From: Phoronis australis
Taxonomy: Eukaryota > Animalia > Phoronida
Reading direction: 5' to 3'
DNA: 64,000 bases
Assembly: GCA_002633005.1 (NCBI GenBank)
Contig: NMRA01000207.1
Coordinates: forward strand, 395,470-459,469
Of this stretch, positions 48,301 to 60,468 are shown in pieces. Under the pieces are notes generated by a model. The model saw only the letters and a program-made list of their open reading frames with translations. It had not been told where the DNA came from and ran no database searches. Each line of letters starts with the position of its first letter. Positions within the stretch are counted from its first letter, which is position 1. The position numbers were made by a program, and so were the translations under genes.

Positions 48301-51300
48301 ACCTCGAAGTGAATATTGTCACACACATTTTTCAGGATTTCGGTACAAGTCGTCTGCGAGACACCGCCCAGGTTGCAACCATTGCATGACACAAGTCTGT
48401 CACCTACACGCATATGACCATCCTTAGCACAGACACCGCTGGACAAGATGCGCTTAACCTGAAAACAACAGAAAACTTGTCAACAAAACAAGAGAAAGAG
48501 TTCTCCACAATAATTGAATAATTCTTAAAACCAATGTCGTAATCAAACTTTAACAAACTAAATGACACAATACAATGGACACATTTTTATTCTTTACTCA
48601 AAATGTACGTATAGTAAAATAGATGCTTTATCATTTTTAAGTTCTATACCATAGGTGTCATGTGAAAATATCTGGCGAAACTGTGAGCATTTGCAAGACT
48701 GTTGAAAATCTTTTAAAACTGAAACGTGGCTACATTTGACAATTAATTATGTTCAAAATGCAACAAGTTTTCATGTGACAGTGCACACTTTTTAAACACA
48801 GAACAAATTACAATTTTCAAACCTCTCCTTCATTGACCTGACACATGAACATACACCTCCAATCAAAGTAGAATCACCAACAAATTCTATTACGATATTT
48901 CCTCACTAAATATAATGTATTGAAAGCACGCTGTCCACAAAGCTCATGTGACCAACACAAGAGCATAGCACAAAAAAGCTAACGTGGATGACGTGTCTCT
49001 GAATTCCTTGGTTGTACTCTTTGCCAAACCCATGAATTGATTGATCAGTTCATTATTGGTAGGCACTATTGATTCCATGTATAGTTTCAGCAAAGGGTTA
49101 TTAATATTAAATTACACACTGCAATTAAATATAACTTAACACTTCCACACTTACAGTTGTGCAATTAATAGTCTACATCAATTCTTACAAAATCAGTGCG
49201 TCTCAATTGACTAACTTAGTAAGGACAATTTAAAATAACTTTTAAGAAGCCGGCGGTTAGCATCAAAAAGAACGAATGATTCAGGTCAACTTGAAGAGTC
49301 AGTTACCACATTGATGGAAAACAACCATAACTGCATTATTTGTAAGTCATAGGTGAATGGAAAATTGGATGTTTAGGAGTTCATTTACCAGGTAACAGTG
49401 TGATGTTTAGGGAGTTCATTTACCTGGTAATACAGTGATGTTTAGGGAGTTCATTTACCTGGTAATACTGTGACGTTTAGGAGTTCATTTACCAGGTAAC
49501 AGTGTGATGTTTAGGGAGTTCATTTACTTGGTAATACTGTGATGTATAGGGAGTTCATTTACCTGGTAATACTGTGATGTTGACCCATACCCGGGCACAA
49601 TGGTGATGCCAAGGCTATCCGTGTCTCCTTTGTACACGCTGAACTTGACAAGTTCGAACCCATCTGGAATGTGGCGGTTCCGTGGTGTGCTGCCAATTAC
49701 TGATGACATCTGTGACTCAGGACGGCTGTTGAAGAACGTGGGCGACACACTTGGTGATTCTGGCAGGGGAGTGACAGCCTCAATCATAGGTGTCTCAGTC
49801 CGCAGCAGACTGCTGTTCAACGGCATAGAAGAGTTGAGCCGTGGGCTGACTTGGTGACGCTTGACTGTGAGAAAAATGCGTAATGGAAGTTCATCAAAGA
49901 CAGACACCACTTCTGAGCGTGTTAAATCTTGAAGGGATGTTCCGTTTATTTCCAAAATCTCATCTCCACATTGGATTCCTTGAACTACTCCACTACCCCC
50001 AGATGCTCGGTCAGCAGCACCTCCCGGCTCCACGGACTCCACAAATACCCCCTCAATCACATGCGTCTCATTATTCCCTTCAATATGGAGTGACATGCCA
50101 AGGTTTTCTCCGGGCAAACGAATCAAAGTGACTACATCGTTGTCGCTTGCACCGCTTGATTCGGGTATTCGAATTGAATCTGGTCTGGATGGATAACTTG
50201 ACGATTGGACCTGGAATTGCTCGACCATCTGTCGCACCATACTGCCACCTGTGGGAGACACATCAATTACAGTCTCCACACCAGATCTTGACGTAGATGG
50301 CATAATGCCACGTGACAACGGAGAGGGCGAACAGTTTCCTGAGAAACCACATGAAAACTGAGTTTCCTGTTCATTTTCATATTCCTGGTCAGTTGTTGAT
50401 TTCGAAATGATTTCGAGTTTATCTAGACTCCTTTCAAGAATAGTTGGCGATTTCGCCACTGGTGAGTGCTGTCGTGGTGATATGTTAGATGTTGGACTTT
50501 GCGTTATATTATTTTTCTCAAACACTGAGATGTCCACCTTTTTCACCGACCTCATTTCCTGTTCGTTTTCTTTTTGATAAGAACTCACATCATCATTAGA
50601 GGAATGAGCAGATACAATGTTTGTAGCTAATTTGCCCAAATCTGTCCCAACATTAGAAACGTTCGATGTTTCAAAACTGCGCAGAATGTCTTCGTCCCAC
50701 AAACTTGTCTTAGACAGACGCTGTCTCACTTTGAGAATTTCGGATAACACCTCATTTCCTGTATCATTCGTCGAGTACTCTTTTCCGTTAACATGAACAT
50801 TATCCGTCAATGCCGGAGAACTTTTTTCTAAAGTTTCCGGTGAGGATCCATTGGCATCAGAATCAGAAGTGGATAATCCCAGATTTAAACTTTTATCTGA
50901 GAGACTGACTGATAACTCGGCAGACACGTGACCATGGACCGGTTTGGTAACACCATTCTTATTTCCTGTCTCACTGGACTGGTGAGGTGGAAATGACAGA
51001 GGAGAACTTTGGACTTTCATGGGAGCAAGTGGTTCAGAGAAACTGCTGAGAGCTTCCATAGATTGAATGTCTTTTGCCTCCCTTGGCTTGGATTCAGTTT
51101 TTGGTTTTACAATCAACCTGTGGGTATCTGCAGAGGGTTGACTAAATTTTGACAGCATATTTTTCACTGACACAGGCCTATATTCATCATCACTGTCACC
51201 AGTTTCATTCTTAATTACTCCACTGTCATTACTACTATTACTGATCGTAGTTGAACGCAGCGGAACACGATTAAAGTCAGGTTTTTCAGATACAGTTTCT

Positions 51301-51857
51301 ACACGCTTTACCACAACAGGAGCCGTCGTGGGTTTGTTCTCTGGAGATTTCGATATAATAACAGGAGATCTGACTGTAACAGGCTGTCTTGGACTTGACA
51401 ACTTCTTGCCATGCAGAAGTTTAGACAATGTCCAGTCGGATTTGGTCGAAGCAGTTCCATGAGATCCAACAACAACATTCCTAGGACCTCCCAGAAAAGC
51501 AGCTGTATTCTGCCCAGGTGACAGAAAGCTCGATTGTGTTGTTGGCTTAAATGAAGTAGCAAATTGTTTATTCTCACTCGAATTTGTAACAGAAAGTTTT
51601 GCACGATCACCATCGGAAATGTCATCTTTAACGACATGCCTGGCTTCAACAGACCGAGGTGATGAACCTTGTGAAGGGCTGTCAAATTTTGAAATGAAGG
51701 ATTTGACAAGATTGTTTGATGAACTATTAGTATTACGTGAGTTGTTTCCAGAACATGTTTGCAGCACTTCATGTTGATTATTACTGTTGATGTCTGATTC
51801 TTTCTTCACACTTCCAGATTCAATAATAACCATCTTGGACGGACCTCGGAATGCCAT
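36224..51857 (-). CDS. Large multi-PDZ protein of the PDZD2 / pro-interleukin-16 family (five PDZ domains, about 2890 aa)
   Basis: join complement(49563-51857, 45118-48458, 43906-44060, 38710-40871, 38146-38298, 37485-37659, 36593-36829, 36224-36378) = 8673 nt in frame. The segment SLISQDELAELLAEA...VVVLHK and the last PDZ GLGFCLEGGRESPLGPQPIRVKRIFKG...GDEIIQANG...AWNFLKSQPEGVIKVEVRR resemble the IL-16/PDZD2 C-terminus. The first exon has an acceptor at 51873-51874, so further 5' exons exist. Confidence 0.88.
36593..36829 (-). CDS. PDZD2/IL16-like exon (linker and start of PDZ5)
   Basis: Two in-phase CAG acceptors 9 nt apart (exon start 36829 or 36820); VVVDLPKGKTGLGFCLEGGRESPLGPQPIRVKRIFK. 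Confidence 0.88.
37485..37659 (-). CDS. PDZD2/IL16-like exon (end of PDZ4)
   Basis: VSTIEPNSVAQTEHVHVGHFLLSVNGETLKGLSQDEAMRKLSTSRQQVVLVLS. Confidence 0.9.
38146..38298 (-). CDS. PDZD2/IL16-like exon (start of PDZ4)
   Basis: DELAELLAEANRSLDENGVDDDTPIRVVVLHKQAHESIGIGLAPADGGSFK; not in the ORF track. Confidence 0.9.
38710..40871 (-). CDS. PDZD2/IL16-like 2.2-kb exon (Ser-rich linker)
   Basis: Uninterrupted ORF between acceptor TTGTTTCAG and donor CAA|GTATGT, ending SVGSLISQ. Confidence 0.88.
43906..44060 (-). CDS. PDZD2/IL16-like exon (end of PDZ3)
   Basis: VGDYLVALNSTCLSHLSDTKVQHIMKLVPRGTVSLYLS; phases match both neighbours. Confidence 0.9.
44190..44445. repeat. Dispersed repeat, copy in a PDZ-gene intron
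   Basis: Colinear with 35875-36135; a partial extra copy of its start lies at about 44106-44135. Confidence 0.7.
45118..48458 (-). CDS. PDZD2/IL16-like 3.3-kb exon (end of PDZ2, acidic linker, start of PDZ3)
   Basis: VKRILSSGVCAKDGHMRVGDRLVSCNG ... GILGLGISVKARNGHFVVSEVKRSGPVGRSG; phase-2 donor GTAAGT. Confidence 0.92.
49368..49581. repeat. 34/35-bp tandem array (6 units) built on a 5' splice site
   Basis: Unit GATGTTTAG(G)GAGTTCATTTACC(T/A)GGTAA(TAC/CAG)TGT; the last unit overlaps the exon end at 49563. Confidence 0.95.
49563..51857 (-). CDS. PDZD2/IL16-like exon (N-terminal region, PDZ1, start of PDZ2)
   Basis: Long ORF; PDZ1 ENLGMSLHIEG...VFVESVEPGGAADR...GDEILEING; donor CAG|GTAAAT. 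Confidence 0.9.
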
Positions 51858-54100
51858 GTTGATTGTGGAAATCTGTAAAACCAAAAACCTTGAATCACAC
51901 ATAGATGGATACTACATACATCTCCATATCATTATAATAAATAATAGACATGAACATCTCTACAAAAAATATAAAAATTACAAAATCACAGAAAGCCAAA
52001 ATAATGAATGCAATATGTTTGTTAGAAAGTTTCACTAACCTATTGTGTAACATTGAAATGGAACACTTTCAAGGATAACTTTTTAGATCAATCTTTTGCA
52101 CATATCATCTATGACATCACATGGTTCACTGAAATATGATGCGAGAGTTACTTGCGTATAGCTAAGTCCATCCCATATCTGACTTTTCCTTTCATCAAAG
52201 ATATTTGGGGGCAAATACCAAGAGCAAAGTGCATCTAATTCTTTGATCTTTGTAATGCATGAACATACTCACAATATTTTGTAAACCTTTAGAGCAATAA
52301 GTGTTGAAATGTTACCTTTGGTGAACTGACTTAATTTTGGTTAAATTTTGAATATGACGTTCTTCTTTGCATTGGATTGGATTAGAAAACTCCAAACACA
52401 TCCCTCAAACTGGGACACATATGTATCAAATCGTACATGAATTATGATCTTATGATACATTAGATGATCTACAAAACAAATCCCTGAAAGAATTTACTAA
52501 TGAGAAAGAGAACAACAGATAATACATTACTGTGAAAGCATGCATGTGAAATCTGGAAAAATTTGACGTGTAAAAACATCTTATCTCTTCAGCGACAAAA
52601 GTTTAATTTTCTGTCAAAACGTTCCATTGAACACTGCAACACCAGATGCAGAGGTTAATACACTAAACATGGCCAACATGCAAAAAGATGTCTAGAAATT
52701 ACCAAAAGACTAATTCAAAGACATTCCTGAGTTGCCATTTCCAATATGCACTTGTAACACTCTAGAATCTAATTTTACATATAAGTAAACAGCATGACTG
52801 TGACTGAAGCATTTAAATCAAAGCAAGCAAGCCACAAGCTACAAGAGGTACATAAAAATCACAACAGGTGGCGATGTAGTTAAGAAAAGACATATTGTTA
52901 ATAGAAACAGAAACAATCAGACATTACTGGAAACTATGAGGGGCTTGTTTAAGACTTTTTGAAACTGAAGTCAGAAATTTGGTCTTGCGCTACACAAGGC
53001 TATTTCTGAAAAATAATCAAATCGCACTTTAGCAAGTCTTTGAGAATATTCACATAACTCCTAGTTACTGAGATAATTTCTACAAATAATTTCGAGGTTG
53101 TAATATGCTAATTACTTGACTAAACCTTTATTCGCTAATTGTGAAAGGGGAGCATCAGACCAAATTTCTGACTTCTAAGACTAAAAGTCTCATGTCACTT
53201 GTCAAGATACAGACCCCACAACAAAATAACAGGGCTACAGATGGCTCCATAACAGATACCATATCCTACTAGCGCACTCATGTCTTATAACTTACCTGTA
53301 TCAACTCTCATCAAGTATCTGTTAAGGTAATATTACAGGTATATTTATTGGAATCACAGTCAAACACAAGACGAGGCAATAAACTTCCCATAAAGGAGAA
53401 ATATCAATAACGGTCAATAATTAATCCCGAGGACAATAGCACGAAACCCGTCCAGATGTCTTCTATTGCTGTCACCTGGTTATAATCAATAACTACGTGA
53501 AAGACGTCGAGTGCCAATGGTCAATCATTGGGTGTATCAGAGAATGGTTGTTAACCGATGGTAGATAATGTTCATTGATCAGAGGGTAAATCACACATAT
53601 GTGGTGATGCAATGGTAGTAATGATCAAAAGGTGTAGCTGAAACTGACATTTGTATAATCTGACCTTCAAACACAATTTGTTTACAATATTCTACAGTTT
53701 CTTGACTATATATATATTTTTGACAAAAATACTAAAACACTGTGTGAAGCAATGCACGGACGCACGATTACGGCAAACATTTTCCAATTTGGGACAGTCT
53801 CTAAAATTTGGTACACTGAAATTCAAGCCGAAACTGAGTTTGATTGATTTTGAAATTTTGGGATCTTGGGGAGTTTGGCCTTCATCATATTACTCATATA
53901 CCAGAAAATGTGATTTTTATTCTCAGCATTGGCAAACCATAGAAAACAGCCTCCAACACAATTCTATGCTTCCCGTAGTGTGCAACACAGACCGGGTGAA
54001 TTGTTGTTTTAGCTCGTAATTCTTGAAATCTGAATTAGAACAAAATTATTTTTCACTGCACTAAATTAGAGAATTCTTGTGGTAGCCAAACTCTGGGACT

Positions 54101-54114
54101 GTTACTATGGCAAC
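54101..54114. promoter_or_regulatory. Consensus RFX X-box
   Basis: GTTACTATGGCAAC matches GTTRCYATRGYAAC; function untested. Confidence 0.4.
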
Positions 54115-56202
54115 TTGACAAAGGTCTAATGAACTCACCTTATCTAGGTCTAAAATCTCTTTGGGTATGCCGGTATCACACGGTTCTGAAAAAACACAAG
54201 ACAAGCACATTACGTTGATATTACTATTACCAAAATTTAGAAAAAAATTACACATGAATAATCTCAAGTTGTCACCTTTTTCTGTGTTCAGTACCCGCCT
54301 AATACATAATTATAGTTACACTGAGTGAGCATGCCGTTGTCATTTTTAAGCAAAGACTAATCAAGTACAATCGACTGCAGTAAAAGACGGCTGAAAAAGC
54401 TCAAGTGGGAAAAACATTGCCATGGAGCCAAACAGCTACAGGACTATATTATCAAATGTAGAAAAACTATTTTAGAAACAATTTTGAAGTCACCCATTGT
54501 AAAAGGCCTCAATTTTTCAAAATTTTGTTTCATTATAGCTTTGGTATAGAGTTTGAACATGGTTAAGGATTGAGTAAAGTACTGCTCATATCTTTTATGA
54601 AAAAAAATACGAAACTAAAAATAGCTTGTCTACCATATCGTGTCACATCAGTGAAATTTTAATGAAAAGCTCATTTAGCATAATGTCCACATCAAAGCTA
54701 TTTTCGCCACTATAATTAAAGCACCATTTCCCTGGCTGACATTGACCTCTAAGGTGTCAGCACTATAATCGGAAATTATTATAGTTTTAATAATACAAAA
54801 TGGAATTGAATAATTCAACCCACAGAGCATTTACTACACACGCAAATAAAAATAAACTTCTCAATAACATCATGCCACAATTAGCATACTAAGGAACAAA
54901 TTGAAATTCATTCACCAATAACTACTTGTCAAAGGCTCTTAACAAATTAAATGTCATTAATGTTCTAGTTTAAAAGCAGGTGTTCTACTTTGTCACTGGA
55001 GTGTCTTTTGAAGAAAAACAATTTCATTAAAAATGATGCATGCAGATGCTTTTTGCTACAAACAGTGAGGCGTACGTTTCAAAATGAGTTAGGCACAGAC
55101 CAGAATCACTTGTGTTACTTTTGGCCTCATGATCAGTAATGCGGTGAGTTTTAAAAACAATATCACAATGAATAATTTTTCAAATCTATTTTATCAAGGG
55201 ACAGAACTAAGGAGTTCACAATTTCCTTTTTTCCATGCAACTCTCAGTATTCTCCAGTACAGAAAAAAAACAGCGGGAGTTATAAAAGTATTGTACCTGT
55301 TTGGAACACCTAATCCATACAGAGGGGAGTTTGCTAAGTCTTGGAATAAATGCACTGACATGTTGGCAAGTAAAAAAATATTCAAAAGTAATTAATCTCC
55401 CAACAGTTCAAAGGTTTTCAAACTCTATGCAAATAGGCCAAACTCAAAGAGATGAAACTCCAACTCGTAGCTATGAGGAGTCAAATGAGGATGTCAGGAC
55501 ATGAGTTTGAGATCAAGTTATGGACTTCCCTACACTCTTTCACAGTGCTAAGAAACACTTTTCAGTATTGGTGGCACTGTGTTAGAGGGTAGGAGTTTCC
55601 TATAGTGGCTGTGTTACAAGAATTCATGTGCTCTAACCAGCCAACAAAGTGTACAGCCATGACCCGGTGACTTCAGATCTCTTTATGGACTGTTCAAAAT
55701 TCATATGTCACCTCTCTTTCTCTAAAGAATAACTCACTCAGTTCTCTTTTGCCCATTGGATAAGGTGTGTAAAATGGGCAACAGGGAAGAAACATTTTAG
55801 AAGGGGGTCAAGGGTCATGAGAATTCCAGTAGTGAATACATTCATGTACAGACAAACACAAATTAGTGTGTACCACCAAAACAGGCAGGCCTGAAAGGTA
55901 GGTGTAGAAGTTCTAAAGCAAACAGAGCAGTATATTGTGGGTTACAAATCTAGATGATAAAATCTAAGCTGACATGAATAGCCATCTGACCCTATTGTAT
56001 TGGGAACAATGAGGACTACAGTGCCCTAAAACTATGTTCATTGAAGTGCTTCAGCATAAAAATTTGCATGCAATCAGTAACATTGGAAATGCCTTAGGAA
56101 GCAGAGGAGCTCTTAGTAGTTGTTCAATTATTAATTTCAAATTGGGAATACCATCAATCATGATTGTTTTTAATGCAGAGCTGAGACAGATGAAAACATT
56201 GA

Positions 56203-56318
56203 GTATGACGTACTATTTAATTGAATCTCAATGTTATTGTAAGTTATGCTCAGTAAATGTGTATGACGTACTATTTAATTGAATCTCAATGTTATTGTAA
56301 GTTATGCTCAGTAAATGT
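56203..56318. repeat. Perfect 58-bp tandem duplication
   Basis: GTATGACGTACTATTTAATTGAATCTCAATGTTATTGTAAGTTATGCTCAGTAAATGT occurs twice. Confidence 0.93.
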
Positions 56319-58853
56319 CAGTGAATTCATGATCCAACACTTTAACCATTACACTATTACCTTGCCACATGCGGAAAACAAAAGGTGTCAGATCTTTTCA
56401 ACAGAAGGCCATTCCCTTTTAAAATTATTCTAAATACAACTCTTCACTGAGAGAGCACAAAGTGTCTTTCACATAACACAATTTAAAATTTTAGAGATGG
56501 TCCCAGAATGACGAAGATGAAATGCGATGTCATTCATTCTTGGATAACTAGACATTTCAACACTTTCTTTAATCATAACAATATCCCTCAGCACAACAAC
56601 ATCAATGTGATGACCTCCGCTAAGAATTTACAATGTTAGAAAATAACCCTTTGAATTATAAATACGCACAAGAATGTACGTAACACACTGTCCAACCACT
56701 ACACTATCGCCATCTAGTGACAAGCTGTACTTCATAACGTCGCCGCTGTATCGTACAATGGCAATGGAGTGAAATCACCTACCGTGCTAGAAATGCCAAG
56801 CATGTGTTAGCAGTGAAGTAAACTTGAAGTATCATTCACCACCCAACTAATGTCAAAGTTTGCCTTGTAATGCCGAGATTTGCGGAATTATTGCAAGGTT
56901 AAATGTTGCCATTTTAAACTCAAGTTTTTAGTGCATATACTTTTTACCTATGAAAAGTCAAGCGTGGATTATAACTGAAACAAAATGTAGCATGATGAAT
57001 GGTTGAAGAAAATAGCAACAAATTGTCAACAAGAGTGCTGTTGATGATACTGACAACTGCTGGTAAATTTCAAGACTGACGTCAAGCACTCCCACTGTAG
57101 TAACCTGTGTAAGACTCCTTGTAATTCTAGCTGTACTGCAAAGTACACTCAAACTTCAGTAATGGGAAAGCACCTCCAAAAGCAGTTTAATTCCAACACC
57201 ACATCATGCTGATAGTAAATAACTGTTATCAAAGCAATTTAATTGGACTGCAACCTTAACAAAACACATCAACACTCATCACATTACAAGCAAATTTCCC
57301 TATCAGGAAGCACACTGGTCACATGCATTACAACCAAGAAACATTATTTTGTTAATTCAAGCATTAACAGTTCTCCAAGATATCTTTCACTGAGTGCAGT
57401 CATTAGGTGTATGACTTTAACGTGAACTTCAGGGAAGACGTAGAAGTTCTGATCTGACGTGAGATCATATTGATCCCGATTTGTGACAAAGGATACTTCT
57501 AAAGAGCGAGCAACTTGACAGATGAACCAAGTGTGAACTGCTTCAAGTTCAAGACTGACTTAACTGTATTCTGAAAACACACCTCCCAAATCATTTGAAT
57601 AGTTTCAACTGAGAACAAATTGTAAAATAAAATTATAAGGAGTAGTACTCTGATTCATCTACCTGATGTTTTTCTACACACAATTTTGGATCAAATGTTA
57701 TAAGTTGAAATGTCATGTCAGCTACCAAAAAATACCTTTCGTTTTAAACCCGAATCTCCATTTGTCGAGTATAAAAACTGTTCAATTTCATGGCGCAAAT
57801 AATTCCCGGATCTTAGAGAATCAGTGTTGTAGAAAATGATGAATAATTAAAATATCAAAAAGATTTTGACCAAGTAAGAACCCTGACAATCATACCGAAG
57901 TATTAAATGTGTAAAGAAAGATCGAGGGCAAATTTCTAAGCATCAGATTAGAAAATCTCTTCACAGCTGAGATTGTAAATCTCACTGTTTGAACAGGATT
58001 TTGTTTCAGCTTATGTCAGAAAGCCTTTCTTGTTAAACCACATCATACCGTCTGCTCAAACTCATATGTACACAGATGCACACTTGATCAGTAAGTATTC
58101 CCATACATTCAGGCAGTCGATGTTTAAGGACCTTTTTCACTAAGTTAAATCTGTTGCTGAGGCGCATGGATGTAAATGACAAAATTAACTTGTCAATGAG
58201 CTTTCCCACTGTTTTTCACTCAACCAGCATCAAAGCTATGATCGCAAGGAAGTGCTACAAAAGTTTCACGTATGAATGGCAATTTTCGAAAAATGAAGAG
58301 CCGAGTACATATTAGGATACAATAACCTTAAGTAGACTGGTGAACGTTTGGAACGTTTTTGACGGCAAGTGGGAAGGACAATAACCCCAATGACACCAAA
58401 ATTTTAATTTAAAATTTGCTAAAAAGTATTTCCACTAAAGCCAATTCTGTGATTAACACACACTTAAACCAAAGTAATGTGCTTTAACTTCAACCCACAC
58501 CCAAATTTAAGCTTTCCCACTAACTGATGCAGTCTCCTAAAAATCGAACTAACCACATTAACAGGAAAGGGATGTTAGCAATTTTAGCAAAAACCTTTAA
58601 AATGGATTTTTAACAAATAATCCCGAGGAATGCAAAAATTCCAAATATTTTTTATGTTTATTACAAGTATTCAAGGTCATGGATCCAAAGTACAATTGCA
58701 GCAATTAAAGTAAAATTGTTGTAATACTAGAAAAGCAGGAACATTTTCTTTACATAATGATGTACTATTACAAAATGAATGGTAAGTGAAACTAATAGCA
58801 CCTTTATCAGGGTTTTTCATTAAACTAATAAATTTGTTGACACTGAAACTTCT

Positions 58854-59060
58854 CTAATATTTCTCCTGCATAAACCTAATCCTTTTATAGTGGAATGCTC
58901 GGCATACAAGTATAAAATGAAATTCATTTTCCATGAAATTTGGACAGAAAAGACACACGCAGTCAGAATAAGTTACAGAATTATGCTTGCCTGTTTCGAT
59001 AGCTAAATCATGATTCGCACAACGGAATCGTGTCAAACATTTCCTTATACACAATGCATC
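58854..59060 (-). mobile_element. Non-LTR retrotransposon ORF2 C-terminal (Cys/His) relic
   Basis: LTRFRCANHDLAIETGK...CVCLFC...ENEFHFILVC follows the typical RFR-x-H-x-L-x-IETG / C-x2-C / E-x-E-x-HF-x3-C pattern. Confidence 0.8.
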
Positions 59061-60223
59061 ACAACAAAACTCACGCAACTTCAGAGTTTTTATTACAGTA
59101 TGCCGACCTTAATTATAAATGTCGCGATTTAAATCTTACACAGACTTTTCTGGCAAATGTACACGTGAATTTCACTTGAAAATAAACCTACTGACTTGCA
59201 CATCCAAAGACAGCTATTAAAGAAAGAAGACTAAACTTGCCATGAATTATTCAGATCTGATTGTCAGCATTTCCATAGCAACGCAATTTTAAATCAAATC
59301 ACTAAGTTAATGAACATACACCACAACATGAAAAAGCTTCAATTCAATTACCTGCACAATTGCAAGGCAGTAGGGTTACTATAATCAAAGTCCAATGAAT
59401 GATTGAAACACGACATGAAACAACAGTTGGACGTTTCACTACCAGTTGGCTTTAGGGTTTCGGGGTGCTTAGCAGTTTTGCTGGCGAAGACCGATTCCCT
59501 CAAAAATTCCAGTGGTACTGGTTTGACAACTTTGCGCGTTGGATCATATTCAAAGCATAGATCACAATCAGTGCTGTTTGTCAGTTGTACTTCATAAGTA
59601 ACCCGCATGTAACTCGATTACGTTAAAAATATGATCTCCCTAGTGATGATAACAATTCACCTAGGGCATGTTGGCTTTGTGCTTTGTAACCAGTTTCTAA
59701 ACCTTGTTGATTAAATGCATCAGTTCCAATTTTAATAAACTTAAAAGCCCTGACTGGTTTCATGAAACATGTGAACCTTCACAGCAAAATTCCCAGCATT
59801 ACTACGATTGCATTGTGCTGTAAACAACAGTTTTTAAAATCAATAAAGTTTCGACGAGACAACATTCCATTTTTTTGGACCAGAACATGTTTCAAGTGTG
59901 CCTCCATATTCTTTGTCGAAATAGCGACACCTGGCTTTGTACAAGTCCTTTACAAGTTTGCAAATACAAAATTAGCGATTATACACAATAAGGTCACATT
60001 AATTCTGACAAAAGGTCAACAAAAATGCCACTTCGTGACAAATCTTTGATTGAAACGTCAAATGATTCTGGTAAGAACTTTGCCCAAATTTGGCAGAGTT
60101 CTGACAAAGACTACCCCATTTCTTCTGAAAGCTACTATTCAATGTTCATGACAAGGGTCCTTAGGATCAAGTTCAATGAAGATGGAGAAAAATTTCGCAA
60201 GGGAACTGTTTTAGTGCAAGACA

Positions 60224-60468
60224 GCACAAACTGACATGGCACAAACTGACATGGCACAAACTGACATGTCACAAACTGACATGACACAAACTGACATGAC
60301 ACAAACTGACATGATACAAAGTGACATGACACAAACTGACATGGCACAAACTGACATGTCACAAACTGACATGGCACAAACTGACATGGCACAAACTGAC
60401 ATGTCACAAACTGACATGACACAAACTGACATGGCACAAACTGACATGGCACAAACTGACATGACACA
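60224..60468. repeat. 15-bp minisatellite, about 16 units
   Basis: (G/T/A)CACAAACTGACATG repeated. Confidence 0.97.

Noticed and set aside
49368-49581. CRISPR-like appearance of 34-35-bp repeats
   Set aside because: The units are contiguous with no unique spacers, there are no cas genes, and the context is a eukaryotic intron.
59352-59608. ORF MRVTYEVQLTNSTD... as first coding exon of the PDZ gene
   Set aside because: It ends at a phase-2 donor while the 51872 exon is entered in phase 0. Adding the 23-nt candidate microexon 53296-53318 does not restore the frame. It may be a UTR exon.
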